From Eledone cirrhosa (taxonomy: Eukaryota): a DNA stretch of 64,000 nucleotides. The stretch lies in assembly GCA_964016885.1 (NCBI GenBank), contig OZ024763.1, forward strand, positions 27,218,001 through 27,282,000. Direction: 5' to 3'. A program made the position numbers and the translations under genes. Numbering within the stretch: the first letter of the stretch is position 1; every line of letters starts with the position of its first letter. Positions 40,632 to 56,959 of this stretch are shown piece after piece. Under the pieces are notes generated by a model. The model searched no databases, was not told where the DNA came from, and saw nothing but the letters and a program-made list of their open reading frames with translations.

Positions 40632-41285
40632 CGTGGGTTCGATTCATGGACTGGGTTGTGTGTTGTGTTCTTGAGCAAAACACTTCATTTGACGTTGCTC
40701 CAGTGGTGAAGGTGTTGGGCTTACGATATTAATGACACGGGTTCGATTCCTGCACTCGGTTTTGTGTTGTGTTCTTGAATAAAACACTTCATTTTACGTT
40801 GCTCCAGTATATTCAGCTGAAAATGAGTACCAGCAATAGCTGGGGGTTTAACACTAATAAACTGGCGTCCTATCCAGGGGTGAGTTTGTACTCTTAGTCA
40901 CTTAACACCACGGAAACCAGAATAAGCATTGGTCTAATAAGCCTATGAGCTCTAGACAGACTTTAACCCTGTGATGGACTGGTGTCCTGTCCAGCGGGGA
41001 GTCTTGTATTCTCAATCACTTTATGCCACAGAAACCTGATTAGCTTCTTGAATTAGGAGAAACTTTAACCCTGTGATGGACTGGTGTCCTATCCAGGGGT
41101 GAGTCTTGTACTCTCAGTCACTTCATGCCCCAGAAACGGGGATAATCACAGGTCTGATTAGCCTGTTGGGTTAGGACAGGCTTTAAGCCTGCGATGGACT
41201 GGTGTCCTGCCCAGGGGTGAGTCTTCTAGTCTTAGTCACTTCACTCATGGGAGTCATGAGACTCTGGGATCGAGATAGACCTTTT
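40632..41285 (+). mobile_element. SINE with a duplicated head and a ~4x multiplied tail module
   Basis: Two GGTTCGATTC..TTGCTCCAGT heads, then repeats of TTAACCCTGTGATGGACTGGTGTCCT about every 100-120 bp. Confidence 0.7.
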
Positions 41286-41618
41286 TTTAGTTATTGGTTT
41301 GGTCCATCTCTTTACATTTTGGGTACAAATCCATTGAAAGTTTGATCGATTTTTCCCTTTAAACATTTCATCTTTCGTGGTAAAGTATCGGGAGGGAGTC
41401 ACTAAGACAAATTACCAGTCAAGTACTGGAGACGAATTTTGCCTTTAATCATTTCATCTTTCGTGGTAGAGTATGGGGAGGGCGACACTAAGACAAATTA
41501 CCAGTCAAGTACTGGAGTCAACTTAATCGACTGTTCCTTTCTAGAATTACTCGGTTTGTGTTGAAATTCGATGAAAACAACAACAACAACAGCAAAGACC
41601 ACCACCACCACCACCACC

Positions 41619-41650
<32 letters not shown>

Positions 41651-41811
41651 CAACATCAACAATGAGTGTGTAATATATCACAGAAATTCAATTATTTACG
41701 TCAAGCCATATAAATCTTCTTGTAGTTATTGTTGTTGTTCAGAACATGGAACTCAAAGGCGAGCTGACATTATTTGTATTGTATATAACATATGTATATA
41801 TATTTGTGTGT

Positions 41812-41870
<59 letters not shown>

Positions 41871-41906
41871 ATGGAATACTGTTATATATATATATATATA
41901 TATATA

Positions 41907-42266
41907 TGTAGGAGGTGAGTTTTATTGTAGTACAATAAAGCAATGCAGATATCGGATAAGAAGCACTCTACAGTTTATAGGACTGGAGTATGCATAATAT
42001 AAGATCAAAAGATGGTTAAAGGAGTTCCATGTATTTTATTATGCGCATTTCAAAAACAAACATCATCATGCAATAATATTTGTGTTTTCATCAGATAAAA
42101 GATGATATGTAGATTTAAAACTGCACTATCCACAAGTGTTTTTTAGCCTTCATATCATGTTCTCCTGTTTTATCTGATGAAAACACAAATATTATTGCAT
42201 GATGATGTTTGTTTTTGAAATGCGCATAATAAAATACATGGAACTCCTTTAACCATCTTTTGATCT

Positions 42267-42272
<6 letters not shown>
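41907..42272. mobile_element. PLE-like family D fold-back element with two intact hammerheads
   Basis: The + strand at 42168-42234 reads TTTTAT-CTGATGA-AAACACAAATATTAT(tgcatg)ATGATGTTTGTTTTT-GAAA-TGCGCA-TA^ATAAAA, mirrored at 42034-42100 (-). Confidence 0.85.
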
Positions 42273-42333
<61 letters not shown>

Positions 42334-42378
42334 TATGTGTGTGTGTGTGTATGTATTTATATATATATAATGATAATG

Positions 42379-42429
<51 letters not shown>

Positions 42430-42431
<2 letters not shown>

Positions 42432-42623
42432 CGAAGGAAATGTGGTAAGGAACCAGGTGGACCATAACGCACCAAAGTACTCAATACTTGGGGTAGTAGA
42501 GTGGGTAATAGGAACCAGTAAGACCCCGACGGCTGAGCTCAAGCCGTTTCGACGGCTAATTCTGGAGTCCAGAATTAGCCGTCGAAACGGCTTGAGCTCA
42601 GCCGTCGGGGTCTTACTGGTTCC

Positions 42624-42625
<2 letters not shown>
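42430..42625 (-). mobile_element. PLE-like family A fold-back element
   Basis: Palindrome centred at ~42567. Confidence 0.75.
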
Positions 42626-42656
<31 letters not shown>

Positions 42657-42677
42657 ATATGTATATATATATATATA

Positions 42678-42725
<48 letters not shown>

Positions 42726-42733
42726 AGATGATG

Positions 42734-42799
<66 letters not shown>

Positions 42800-42844
42800 T
42801 ATGTGTGTGTCTGTGTATGTATGTATATATATATAATGATAATG

Positions 42845-42903
<59 letters not shown>

Positions 42904-42931
42904 GTATGTGTGTATATGTATATATATATAC

Positions 42932-42984
<53 letters not shown>

Positions 42985-42994
42985 TAAGATGATG

Positions 42995-43056
<62 letters not shown>

Positions 43057-43535
43057 TATGTAAAAGCGTGTGGCTCAGTGGTTAGAGAATTGGATGCGCA
43101 ATCATGAGCTTTTGAGTTCGATTCCAGGACCAGGCGATACGTTATGTCCTTGAGCAAGACACTTTATTTCATGTTGTTTCTTCTACCTGGAGTTGCGACT
43201 GACAGATAGTATTAGCAATTGGAAAGACCAATGGAAACATTGTTTCCTCGGTCTGGTTTAATAAGCTCCACCCCACTTGTTAAGTGAATGAGGTCTGTCC
43301 ATCAACTATCGATATATATATATATTAGAAAATGAAGTTTTTTTACAAAATGAAAAAAAAAATGAGATGTCCTACATGAGTGAAAGTATAAAGAAAAAAG
43401 ATGAAATCGAAAATGCAACTGGAGTCTTTTTAAAATTTTTTATTTGGTTCCTTTACCGGTTTCGCAGTTCTTGTGCTTTTCAAAAGTAGAATTGAGATGG
43501 AGTGTTTGTGGTTTTTCATATATATATCTTTATAT

Positions 43536-43836
43536 ATATTGTTATACTTGGGGAGGGTCATATTGTTATAATATTGCAAGAAATAATAATAAAACACACT
43601 CACTGCTTGGTTTGGATTGGTTTTCGCTTCTGTATCATTTATATCTCCATAGTTAATTTATCTGGCAATCGATGTTTATCATTAATTAACGAATGGTTAA
43701 AAATACAGAACCCAAACCAAACAAACAGTGAGTGTGTTCTGTTATTATTTCTGGCAATATTACAACAATATGACCCTCCCCAAGTATAACGATATTTGTT
43801 TCGACACACGATTTCATATCAAAAGCCTTGCAAAAC
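43536..43836. mobile_element. PLE-like family C fold-back fragment
   Basis: Inverted tail segments ~43538-43630 / ~43705-43790. Confidence 0.7.
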
Positions 43837-43997
43837 ATATATATGTATGTGTGTATGTGTGTATGTGTGTGTGTGCGTATGTGTGTGTGTGTGTGTGTTA
43901 AATATTTCTGATATCAGACGTTTCTGTTAGAATCGTCTAACTTCGCGAAACCTTGGGTAATGGGATAACTATATTGTGTTGTTTATTACATAATTAA

Positions 43998-44040
<43 letters not shown>

Positions 44041-44042
<2 letters not shown>

Positions 44043-44315
44043 CGACCTCCCATGGGTACAAGCTGAAGCATATAGACAATATGCCCCCACACTCCCCACT
44101 GCAAGGTGGTCGTGGAGGTGCCACGGCAAAAAAGCACCCAGCCCACACTGTAAATGAGGTTGGTGTTAGAAAGGGCATCCAGCTGTAGAAATCAAGCCAA
44201 ATCAGTTCCTGTATGAGCAAGGCATGGTCAGCCGACCGGACACTGTCCACAACAGGACAACCCGTCTAACCCATGCTAGCGTGGAAGAACGGACGTAAAA
44301 CGGTGATGATGATGA

Positions 44316-44318
<3 letters not shown>
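44041..44318 (+). mobile_element. RTE-type 3' UTR / SINE tail
   Basis: AAGGGCATCCAGCTGTAGAAA..CCCATGCTAGCGTGGAAGAACGGACGTAAAACGG(TGA)n. Shared with 56960-57357 and 61737-62130. Confidence 0.75.
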
Positions 44319-44970
<652 letters not shown>

Positions 44971-45298
44971 ACAAGTAAAAGAAATTGAGCTGAAATCGCA
45001 CAAGAGGGATTTCAATATGATTAACGGTTTCCTTCACTACATCAACAACAACAATATGTGCATACAGAAGCACACAAACACACACATATATATATATGAC
45101 GTAAAATGAAATGATGATGATATATATATATATACATTATATTTATATATACATCACAAACGTCTAAACAAGATTATATTACGTTACCATATAAACTTAC
45201 ATGTGTCATACATAAGTTTGACCTGTTGTTTATTATATATAGGCTTCTATATTACTGAGTGGCTGGCTTCTTTTGGGAGTTTGATATGTATATAATAC

Positions 45299-45389
<91 letters not shown>

Positions 45390-45439
45390 ATTATATGGCT
45401 TCAGCCGGATGGCTGGAACATGTAAAAGGGTAAAAGGGT

Positions 45440-45524
<85 letters not shown>

Positions 45525-45560
45525 GAATATATATATATTTATATATATATGTATGTACAG

Positions 45561-46471
<911 letters not shown>

Positions 46472-46606
46472 TATATATATATATATATATTTATATATTT
46501 ATATATATATATATATAATGGAAAAATTTGAACAGGAACAAAACAGAGAGGCAGTACAACGAATGTTTATTAATTTCACGCTCTGGAGAGTGGGGTGGTG
46601 GTGGGG

Positions 46607-46640
46607 AACGACGTTTCGGGCATAAGTCCTTCCTCAGGTG
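46607..46640 (-). ncRNA. Minimal hammerhead motif with weak stems
   Basis: The minus strand reads cac-CTGAGGA-aGGac(ttat)gcCC-GAAAC-GTC^gtt. Confidence 0.45.
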
Positions 46641-46970
46641 AGAAGTGTGTGGGAACAGAGTTCAAAGGGTGTGTAGGGGAGTGGTGGAGAGACAAATAAA
46701 AATAAAAATAAAGCATGATCAAAATAAATAGAAATTAAAAAGGGGTAAAACGGGTGGTGGAAGGGTGTGGGGTGTGTGTATATATATATATATATATGCA
46801 AAAGTTCTATTTAAAATTGTTGGGATACAACATGTAAATATTTTTATAACTGATATAAAGCACTCGACAAGTATTTGGAGTAGATATACGATATTATGGC
46901 TTCCAAAAATAATGGTTGCATTTTAATAGGGTACGTCAAAGCTTATTTGTAAAACTGTTATATATTGTAT

Positions 46971-47022
46971 TTTGTCTGATGAAGGCATACCATAATTTAA
47001 TTTGGTATCCCTGAAATAAATA
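46971..47022 (+). ncRNA. Hammerhead core and stem II, with stems I and III decayed
   Basis: CTGATGA-AGGcATACCA(taatttaatt)TGGTATcCCT-GAAA. Confidence 0.4.
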
Positions 47023-47057
47023 TGGTTTTATAAATATAGTTTCCATTTATTAATATC

Positions 47058-47168
<111 letters not shown>

Positions 47169-49265
47169 CATTTAAACATGATGATGAGTATGGTAGATAT
47201 ATATCTATATTATATATATTATATATATATATATATGTATTTATATATTATATATATATATACACACATATATATATATATGTATGTATATACATACATA
47301 CATATCATATATATGTATATACATACATACATATCATATATATATATATGTACATGATGATATATATAATTCATTGTTGCTTTCCTTTCCTCTTTCGTGT
47401 TTGACTTTTTAATCATATATATCATCCTTTAACGTCTAACTTCCATATGTATGTGTCTGTAGAAACCTGTACACACATGCACATATATATATATCATCAT
47501 CATCATCATCTTCGTTTAACGTCCATTTTCCACGCTAGCATGGGTTAGACGGGAGTTGTTCCACTTGAGGCAAGGCTGGTCGGGTGACCGTGTCTCGCTC
47601 ATATAGGACTATCTGGCAGGTTTTCTACGGCTGGATGCCCTTCCTAACACCAACCACATTTACAGTGTGGAACTGGGAACTTTTTACCGTGTTACCTACA
47701 CGACCACATTACAGCGTGGACTGTGTGTGTTTTTTGTCGTGACACCTACACGATCTCGATCTCATTATCTCGTGCTGTTGGTGGGAGTGGGAGGATAGGG
47801 TAGGGGTAGTGGATTGGGTGTATATTTGGTTAAGAGGTGCCTACTGACTGTAGGTTCCGCTTTGTACATAGGCAAGGTGGGTCTTCTGTATTACTGAGTA
47901 GCGCCAAAGATCTCGGTCCAGAGACATTGTCTTAGAGAGATGTGTGTGAGGTTGGAATTTATCAGATCCCAGGTTTTTTCTGGGTCTACCTACTCCGTAA
48001 CTACCATCAATTTTGATCGCCCTGCACTTTTTTAGGCAGCTGTCGTCTTTCATGTGCATCACGTGACCATACCAACGTAGTCTTCTCTCAAGTAAGCAGC
48101 ATTGATCCCTCTTATTCCTAATTTCTCACTTAGTTCATTTATGCTTTGCCGTTCACATATATTACTATTACACATCCAACGGAGCATGCATGCTTCGTTC
48201 CTTTCCAGTCTACGCAGGTCCTCTGCACGTAAGGCCCATGTCTCACTGCCATGTAGCATTGTTGTTCGTATACAGGCATCATACAATCTGCCTTTCATTT
48301 TTAGAGAGAAACCTTTTGTGGCCAACAGCCGTATAAACTCTCTGAACTTTTTCCATCCCGTTCTGACTCTGGCTACTGTACTTTCAGAACACCCTCCACC
48401 ACTGCTGATTTCGTCACCCAGGTAACGGAGAGTGTCTACTATTTCTATAGAACCATCTGGGCAATAGAAGGAGCTAGTATCCTTTGCACACTTGCGACTT
48501 ATTGCACCTGAGCAGTGGCCACATATAAAGTCTACGTTCTTAGATAGTTTACCTGTGATCCCACTACATCTTTTATGTACGCATTCTTTGCATTTGGGAC
48601 ATAAAATGGAATTTCTACCTACTCCTTTCCTACACACTGAGCATGGCCATTTCCCTGAGGGCACTTGTGCCCTATTTTCCTTTCTACAAACTAGAACTTT
48701 AGTCTTAGACAAGTTAACTTTAAGGCCTTTTGATTCTAGGCCATGCTTCCATGTTTCGAATTTCTTCTCTAGCTCAGCCATTGATTCAGCTATGAGCGTT
48801 AGATCATCTGCGTATAGTAGTTCCCATGGGCAGCCGGTCTTGAACTCTTTTGTTATAACCTGAAGGGCAATAATAAATAAGAGGGGGCTAAGGATAGAGC
48901 CTTGATGATGCCAACTTTTACACTAAATTCTTCACAATATTCATTGTTAATTCTAACCTTACTGACTGTTTCATTATACATAGCTTGTATAGCTCTCACA
49001 AGCCATTCATCTACACCTAGTTTTCTAAGAGCCCACCAGATAATGGAGCGGGGACTCTGTCAAAAGCTTTCTCCAGGTCTACAAAAGCTAAGTAGAGGGG
49101 TTTACTTTTAGCTAGGTACTTCTCTTGTAGTTGTCGTACAAGGAAAAGAGCGTCAGTGGTACTTTTACCTGACACAAACCCAAACTGCATTTCATCTAGA
49201 TCAATTCGCTCTCTGATTAGTTGCGCTATAACTCTTTCTGTGACCTTCATTACCTGGTCAACTAA

Positions 49266-50597
<1,332 letters not shown>

Positions 50598-50604
<7 letters not shown>

Positions 50605-50890
50605 ATGCTTTGAGAGGGTCGTGTTGCCAATAAGAAACACACGCACCAGTTGCTTTCACTCCAATTTATTATAAATTAAATTTATAAATTTCCGGTTGGT
50701 TGGTTGGTTGGTTCCACAACCGGACGGTTGTTCATATATTGTCAAAGTTCTTTCGTCACACATTCTGTGACCTCTTCAGTGACTGGGGATTCTTTTCTTT
50801 GTTTTTGTGCCTCTCATTTCTTATTGGCAACAATATCGGTTTCAACACACGTTTTCAGATAAAGAATCTTGCTAAACAAATTCAGAAACG

Positions 50891-50893
<3 letters not shown>
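50598..50893. mobile_element. PLE-like family B fragment with a hammerhead on the minus strand
   Basis: GTCAAAGTTCTTTCGTCACACATTCTGTGACCTCTTCAGTGACT at ~50741-50784, followed by a short inverted tail. Confidence 0.75.
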
Positions 50894-50943
<50 letters not shown>

Positions 50944-51108
50944 ATATATATATTACACACATACACACAGACAGAGCAACTCATCTGACAGGTTTCTTTT
51001 TACGACTTTGTATATTTGTACTTTTAGCCATTAGAATCTAGATTTTAGATAAATACCATTAACATTGCAGTCTATGAGGTTTTTCTCACTTAACCCTTTA
51101 ACATTTAA

Positions 51109-52245
51109 CATGTTCAGTGCCGTAGACGAGATAACTCGTCCTAACATGTATGCATTTCAGTGCCACAGACGAGATAACTCATCCTCACATGTTTGAACTC
51201 ATTTCCAACAATTCTTACCTTCAAAGTTATAAACTCTTTTCCAACAATTCATAACTTCAAGGTTTTAAACCCGTTTCCAACAGTTCATAACTTCAAGGTT
51301 TTAAACTCGTTTCCAACAGTTCATAACTTCAAGGTTTTAAACTCGTTTCCAACAGTTCATAACTTCAAGGTTTTAAACTCGTTTCCAACAGTTCATAACT
51401 TCAAGGTTTTAAACTCGTTTCCAACAGTTCATAACTTCAAGGTTTTAAACTCGTTTCCAACAGTTCACAACTTCAAGGTTTTAAACTCGTTTCCAACAGT
51501 TCACAACTTCAAGGTTTTAAACTCGTTTCTAACAGTTCATAACTTCAAGGTTTTAAACTCGTTTCCAACAGTTCACAACTTCAAGGTTTTAAACTCGTTT
51601 CCAACAGTTCACAACTTCAAGGTTTTAAACCCGTTTCCAACAGTTCACAACTTCAAGGTTTTAAACTCGTTTCCAACAGTTCATAACTTCAAGGTTTTAA
51701 ACTCGTTTCCAACAGTTCACAACTTCAAGGTTTTAAACTCGTTTCCAACAGTTCACAACTTCAAGGTTTTAAACCCGTTTCCAACAGTTCACAACTTCAA
51801 GGTTTTAAACTCGTTTCTAACAGTTCATAACTTCAAGGTTTTAAACTCGTTTCCAACAGTTCACAACTTCAAGGTTTTAAACTCGTTTCCAACAGTTCAC
51901 AACTTCAAGGTTTTAAACTCGTTTCCAACAGTTCATAACTTCAAGGTTTTAAACCCGTTTCCAACAGTTCATAACTTCAAGGTTTTAAACTCGTTTCCAA
52001 CAGTTCATAACTTCAAGGTTATGAACTCTTTTCCAACAGTTCATAACTTTAAAGTTATGAACTCGTTTCCAACAGTTCACAACTTAAAGCTAGATGGGGT
52101 TACTAGTTTATTGATGTGAAATTTGTCAATCATTCAGATATGCGTTGCTAATAAATGATTGTTTAAAAAAAAATGGTCATTTTACTGGAAAAAAAACCTG
52201 GCACAGCAACTGTAGCTGTGTAAAATATACACAACAGTCAACAGG
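51109..52245. mobile_element. TTAA-flanked (piggyBac-like) non-autonomous element carrying a 36-bp minisatellite, nested in another TTAA MITE
   Basis: TTAA at 51105 and 52246, with ends CATGTTCA / TCAACAGG. The array (AACTCGTTTCCAACAGTTCAYAACTTCAAGGTTTTA)n has about 25 copies at ~51195-52090. Confidence 0.65.
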
Positions 52246-53310
52246 TTAAACCTGCTGTATCCAGCCAGAATTCTCTCACCTCCTTCTATCCAAACCGGTC
52301 GTAACTGGCCACTCATACTGATGTTAAGGTATTGTTCTCAAAATAAATAGCATCAACATCTCATATATTCAATATTATGTGAGATATTATGTGAGGTAAA
52401 GCCTTTACCATGAAAATACAACAGTATATATAGAGTAATGTAAATTCTCAAGGGTTAAACCAGCTGTATCCGGCCCAGTCATAACTGTCCAATCATACTG
52501 ATGTTAAGGTATTGTTCTCAAAATAAATAACATCAAAACCTCATAGATTCGATATTAGGTGAGATAAAGCTTTTCCTGCAAAAATACAATAATATATTTA
52601 GAGTAATGTAAATGCTAAAGGGTTAAACCAGCTGTATCCAGCCACAATTCTCTCACCTCATTCAAGCCGGTCATAACTGGCCACTCATACTGATGTTAAG
52701 GTATTGTTCTTAAAATACATAGCATCAAAACCTCAAAGATTCGATATTAGGGGAGATATTATGTGAGATAACGATTTTCCCATAAAAATATAATATTATA
52801 TCTAGAGTTATGTAAATGGTAATGGGATAAATTCAATATGTAATATTGCTTTTCTGAGTGATATCTTACCTATATATGTTATCTATTCATTGAGATGTTT
52901 AAATATTAGAGACTAATTAACCTTTAATTAATATTAAACTACTCCTTAATTTGACGAGTTGTATCAGACAGTCTTTTGGCTGCTATTTCTAGCAGCATTA
53001 TAAGCCTGTCGCATAGTCCTGATATGTTAAAAGAGATTTGATCATTTAATAGTTCAACAACACATGTGTTTCTAGACAACATGCTGCATCGGCAATAGAA
53101 ACGGTATGTATAATTTCTTGATCAATATAACCTCTTAGTTTGAAGAATTAATCTTCCCTGAAGAGTATTACAAATTCTTCAATTATTGGTATTTCCAATA
53201 AATTCCTTCCGCAAACGAAAACATGGCAGAGAGATCTTTGTATAAGTGAGACTGACTAAAATATTCCCATAAATAGAGTTATTTTCACTTAAATTTAATA
53301 TTGAAAAAGG

Positions 53311-53640
53311 TAGGCACATGGCTTAGTGGTTAGAGCATTGGCCTTGCAATCGAAAGGTTGTGAGTTCAATTCTCAGACCGGGTGATGTGTTGTTTCCTTG
53401 AGCAAGACACTTTATTTCACATTGCTCCAGTTTACTCAGCTGTAGAAATGAGATGATAGGGACTGGGGTCCATATCATTCCACTACAAAGTGGTCGTGGA
53501 GGTGCCACGGCAAAAAAACACCCAGCACTCACTGTAAATGAGGTTGGTGTTAGGAAGGGCATCCAGCTGTAGAAATCAAGCCAGAATCAGTTCCCGTCCC
53601 ACCCTTGCAAGCAGGGAAAAGTAGATGTAAAATGATGATG
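53311..53640 (+). mobile_element. Composite SINE, family 2
   Basis: tRNA-like head, core and RTE-like tail. Confidence 0.85.
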
Positions 53641-53699
53641 AAACAGTTCTGGTCCTGTAGAAGCCATTTCTATATTAAATATATATATATATATATATA

Positions 53700-53958
53700 T
53701 AAATGAAGTAATTCCGTCGGAAAAGTCCAGGAAAAAAGAGTGCTTTATGTAGGTAACAGAGCTTAATAGTTATGTAATAAACAACATAAGGCAATTATTT
53801 CATTTACCAGTGGTTTCTTAAAAGCAAAAAAAAATTGCTTTCAATCATCAGAATGAAAAAACGCCAGGATTTTTTCATTCTGATGATTGAAAGCAAAATT
53901 TTTTTGCTTTTAAGAAACCACTGGTAAATGGAATAATTGCCTTATGTTGTTTATTACA

Positions 53959-53962
<4 letters not shown>
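53700..53962. mobile_element. PLE-like family E fold-back element with two intact hammerheads
   Basis: The + strand at 53873-53933 reads TTTCATT-CTGATGA-TTGAAAGCAAAA(ttt)TTTTGCTTTTAA-GAAA-CC(act)GG-TA^AATGGAA. The mirror at 53798-53858 (-) has a perfect 7-bp stem I. Confidence 0.85.
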
Positions 53963-53989
<27 letters not shown>

Positions 53990-54220
53990 TTACACCAATA
54001 TCATGACAACAGCAACATCAATAGGAAAGTAAGCCCTATTTTCACCAATGATATTCACAGAATCATATCCTCGTTAAAACTACCGTATCCCCTGTTTTCA
54101 TCACATGAAAGATTATCTCTTCATGTCAACCGTTTCAGTAATTACTGCCACTGAGATGCTGGTTTCGATGCTGGTTTCCCTGACAACCAAATTATCCTTA
54201 ATTATGCACACACAACACAT

Positions 54221-54446
<226 letters not shown>

Positions 54447-54610
54447 GTATGTCTGTGTTGGACCAGGGTGACCACTAATCATGTGGCGCCTTGGTTGGGG
54501 TTTTACTTATCATTTTCTCTCTCTCTCTCTCTATATATATATACACATAAATACATATATATATATATATATACAGAAAGAGAGAAATGCATACATACAC
54601 ACACACACAT

Positions 54611-54670
<60 letters not shown>

Positions 54671-54685
54671 ATAAATATTTATATA

Positions 54686-54727
<42 letters not shown>

Positions 54728-54729
<2 letters not shown>

Positions 54730-54864
54730 CGAAGGAAATATGGTAAGGAACCAGATGGACCATGACACACCAAAGTACTCAATACTTAGGGTAGTAGAGT
54801 GGGTAATAGGAACAAGTAAGACCCCGACGGCTGAGCTCAAGCCGTTTCGACGGCTAATTCTGGA
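54728..54864 (-). mobile_element. PLE-like family A, single arm
   Basis: Ends at GGCTAATTCTGGA, the point where other family A copies fold back. Confidence 0.75.
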
Positions 54865-55075
54865 ATAAATATATATATATATATATATATTTAGATATAT
54901 ATACATATATATATATGTATATATATGTATATATATATGTATATATATATTATATGTATATATATATTATAAATATTATATATATATGTAGAAAATATCC
55001 GTGAAGGTGCAAAAAAGGAAAAAAGTGCTCAATTGGGAAGAGAGCTGATATATATATATATATATACACACACTC

Positions 55076-55109
<34 letters not shown>

Positions 55110-55131
55110 TCATATATATATATATATATAT

Positions 55132-55440
55132 GGTGGCTGCCAACACGTTTTCGAGTACGGCCACTACTTTATATCCATGTAGGAGAACCCCTACCGATAC
55201 GCTGAACGAGTGTGACTTTTTAGTCCAGCCAGCGACTTGAAAACTCTGGTACAAACACTACACTTGTGACAATTATTGACACATAGTGCTGGGCCCATGG
55301 TACCATGTGACGACAAGTGCAGAGAGATCTCCAGATATAAAGCAATGACTGTGCCGTGAAGCTTTTATAGTGAGCAAAGGCACTGCACAAAGCCAGTCCC
55401 ACTCTCTTAACCAAGATGATATTTACCAAAAAGAAGAACA
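55132..55440 (-). mobile_element. 5'-truncated copy of the 9778/10431 RTE-like element
   Basis: High identity to 9778-10085, but this copy has a (TA)n tail. Confidence 0.8.
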
Positions 55441-55606
55441 TGTATGTATATATATATAAATATATATATATAGACAGTCCTATGCGAGCAAGACAACCAC
55501 TCTTGCCTCAAGTGGGAAAACCCCCGTCCAAACCCATGCAAGCGTGGAACACGGACGCTAAACCTGATGATGATGATGATGATGATATACATATATATAT
55601 ATATAT

Positions 55607-55922
55607 ATAATATATAAGATCAAAAGATGATTAAATGAGTTCCATGTATTTTATTATGCGCATTTCAAAAACAAATATCATCATGCAATAACATTTGTGT
55701 TTTCATCAGATAAAATATGAGGACATGATATGAAGGTTAAAAACACTTGTGGATAGTCCAGTTTTAAATCAACATATATGAAATGCGCATAATAAAATAC
55801 ATGGAACTCCTTTAACCATCTTTTGATCTTATATATTATGTATACTCCAGTCCCACAAACTGTAGAGTGCTTCTTAGCCGATATCTGCATTGCTTTATTG
55901 TACTACAATAAAACTCACCTCC

Positions 55923-55926
<4 letters not shown>
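55607..55926. mobile_element. PLE-like family D element with a hammerhead at 55649-55715 (-)
   Basis: Homologous to 41907-42272 in the opposite overall orientation. Confidence 0.8.
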
Positions 55927-55974
<48 letters not shown>

Positions 55975-56369
55975 TTTATAAACACACATATACATATATA
56001 CAAAAAACAAAGAAGCTCTACAGTAAAATTATAGATTGTCTGAATATCTAATAGGCAGTTAGAACATAACTGCCATGTAATTCCATATTAAAATGGTTGA
56101 CTGAACAAAGATAAATTACTTATTGACAGACTGTTTCTGAATTATCCTCAGTCTGAATATAATCGTAGTCATTATAATATATACATTCATTATAACCATT
56201 ATCAAGATACTCGAGAAGACGCTTATTATGATGACACTATGGTGGATTTTTTTTAAACACAGCTAAATCAGTGGTAAGTGTGCTATATATGTATTTCAGG
56301 ATGTTTATCTGTCTTCAGTAGATGCTTGCTTACTCCAGGATTATAATTTTCTTTACTATTTTTATCCAG

Positions 56370-56952
56370 CTGGGTTAACTTTGCCTTTCATCCTTGCGGG
56401 GTTGATAAAATCAGGTACCAGTAATGTACTGGGGTAATTGTTGGCCTTGTGCCAAAAGTAGAAACAATTATATATATATATATATATATATGAGAAGAAT
56501 TGAGTGCTGCATGGTTGCACATGGGTTACATATGAATAAAATAGTCCTCCATCAGTAATTTTCCAACTTTCATTGGTATTTCATCGCTTTATATATATAT
56601 TATTATTATTAAGGTGAATTGGCAGTATCGGTAGAGAGTCGGACGCCATGCTTTCCAGCATAGTTACGTCCCTTTACGATCTGAGTTCAAATCCCATTGA
56701 GGTTGACTTTGCCTTTCATCCTTACGGGGTCGATAAAATAAAGTACCAGTGATGCACTGGGTAATTGCTGGCCTTGTGCCTAAAGTAGAAACAGTTATTA
56801 TTAAGGTGAATTGGCAGTATCGGTAGAGGGTCGGACACCATGCTTTCCAGCATAGTTACATCCCTTTACGGTCTGAGTTCAAATCCCATTGAGGTTAACT
56901 TTACCTTGCATCCTTACTGGGTCGATAAAATAAGTACCAGTAATATACTGGG
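56370..56952 (+). mobile_element. Cluster of three family 1 SINE copies (56370-56468, 56612-56795, 56804-56952)
   Basis: Match the family 1 consensus. The last two are head-to-tail. Confidence 0.85.
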
Positions 56953-56959
56953 TAAATAT

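Noticed and set aside
51193-52119. 308-aa repeat protein
   Set aside because: It is a minisatellite within a transposon-like insert, starts at a non-ATG codon, and its units are nearly identical at the DNA level.
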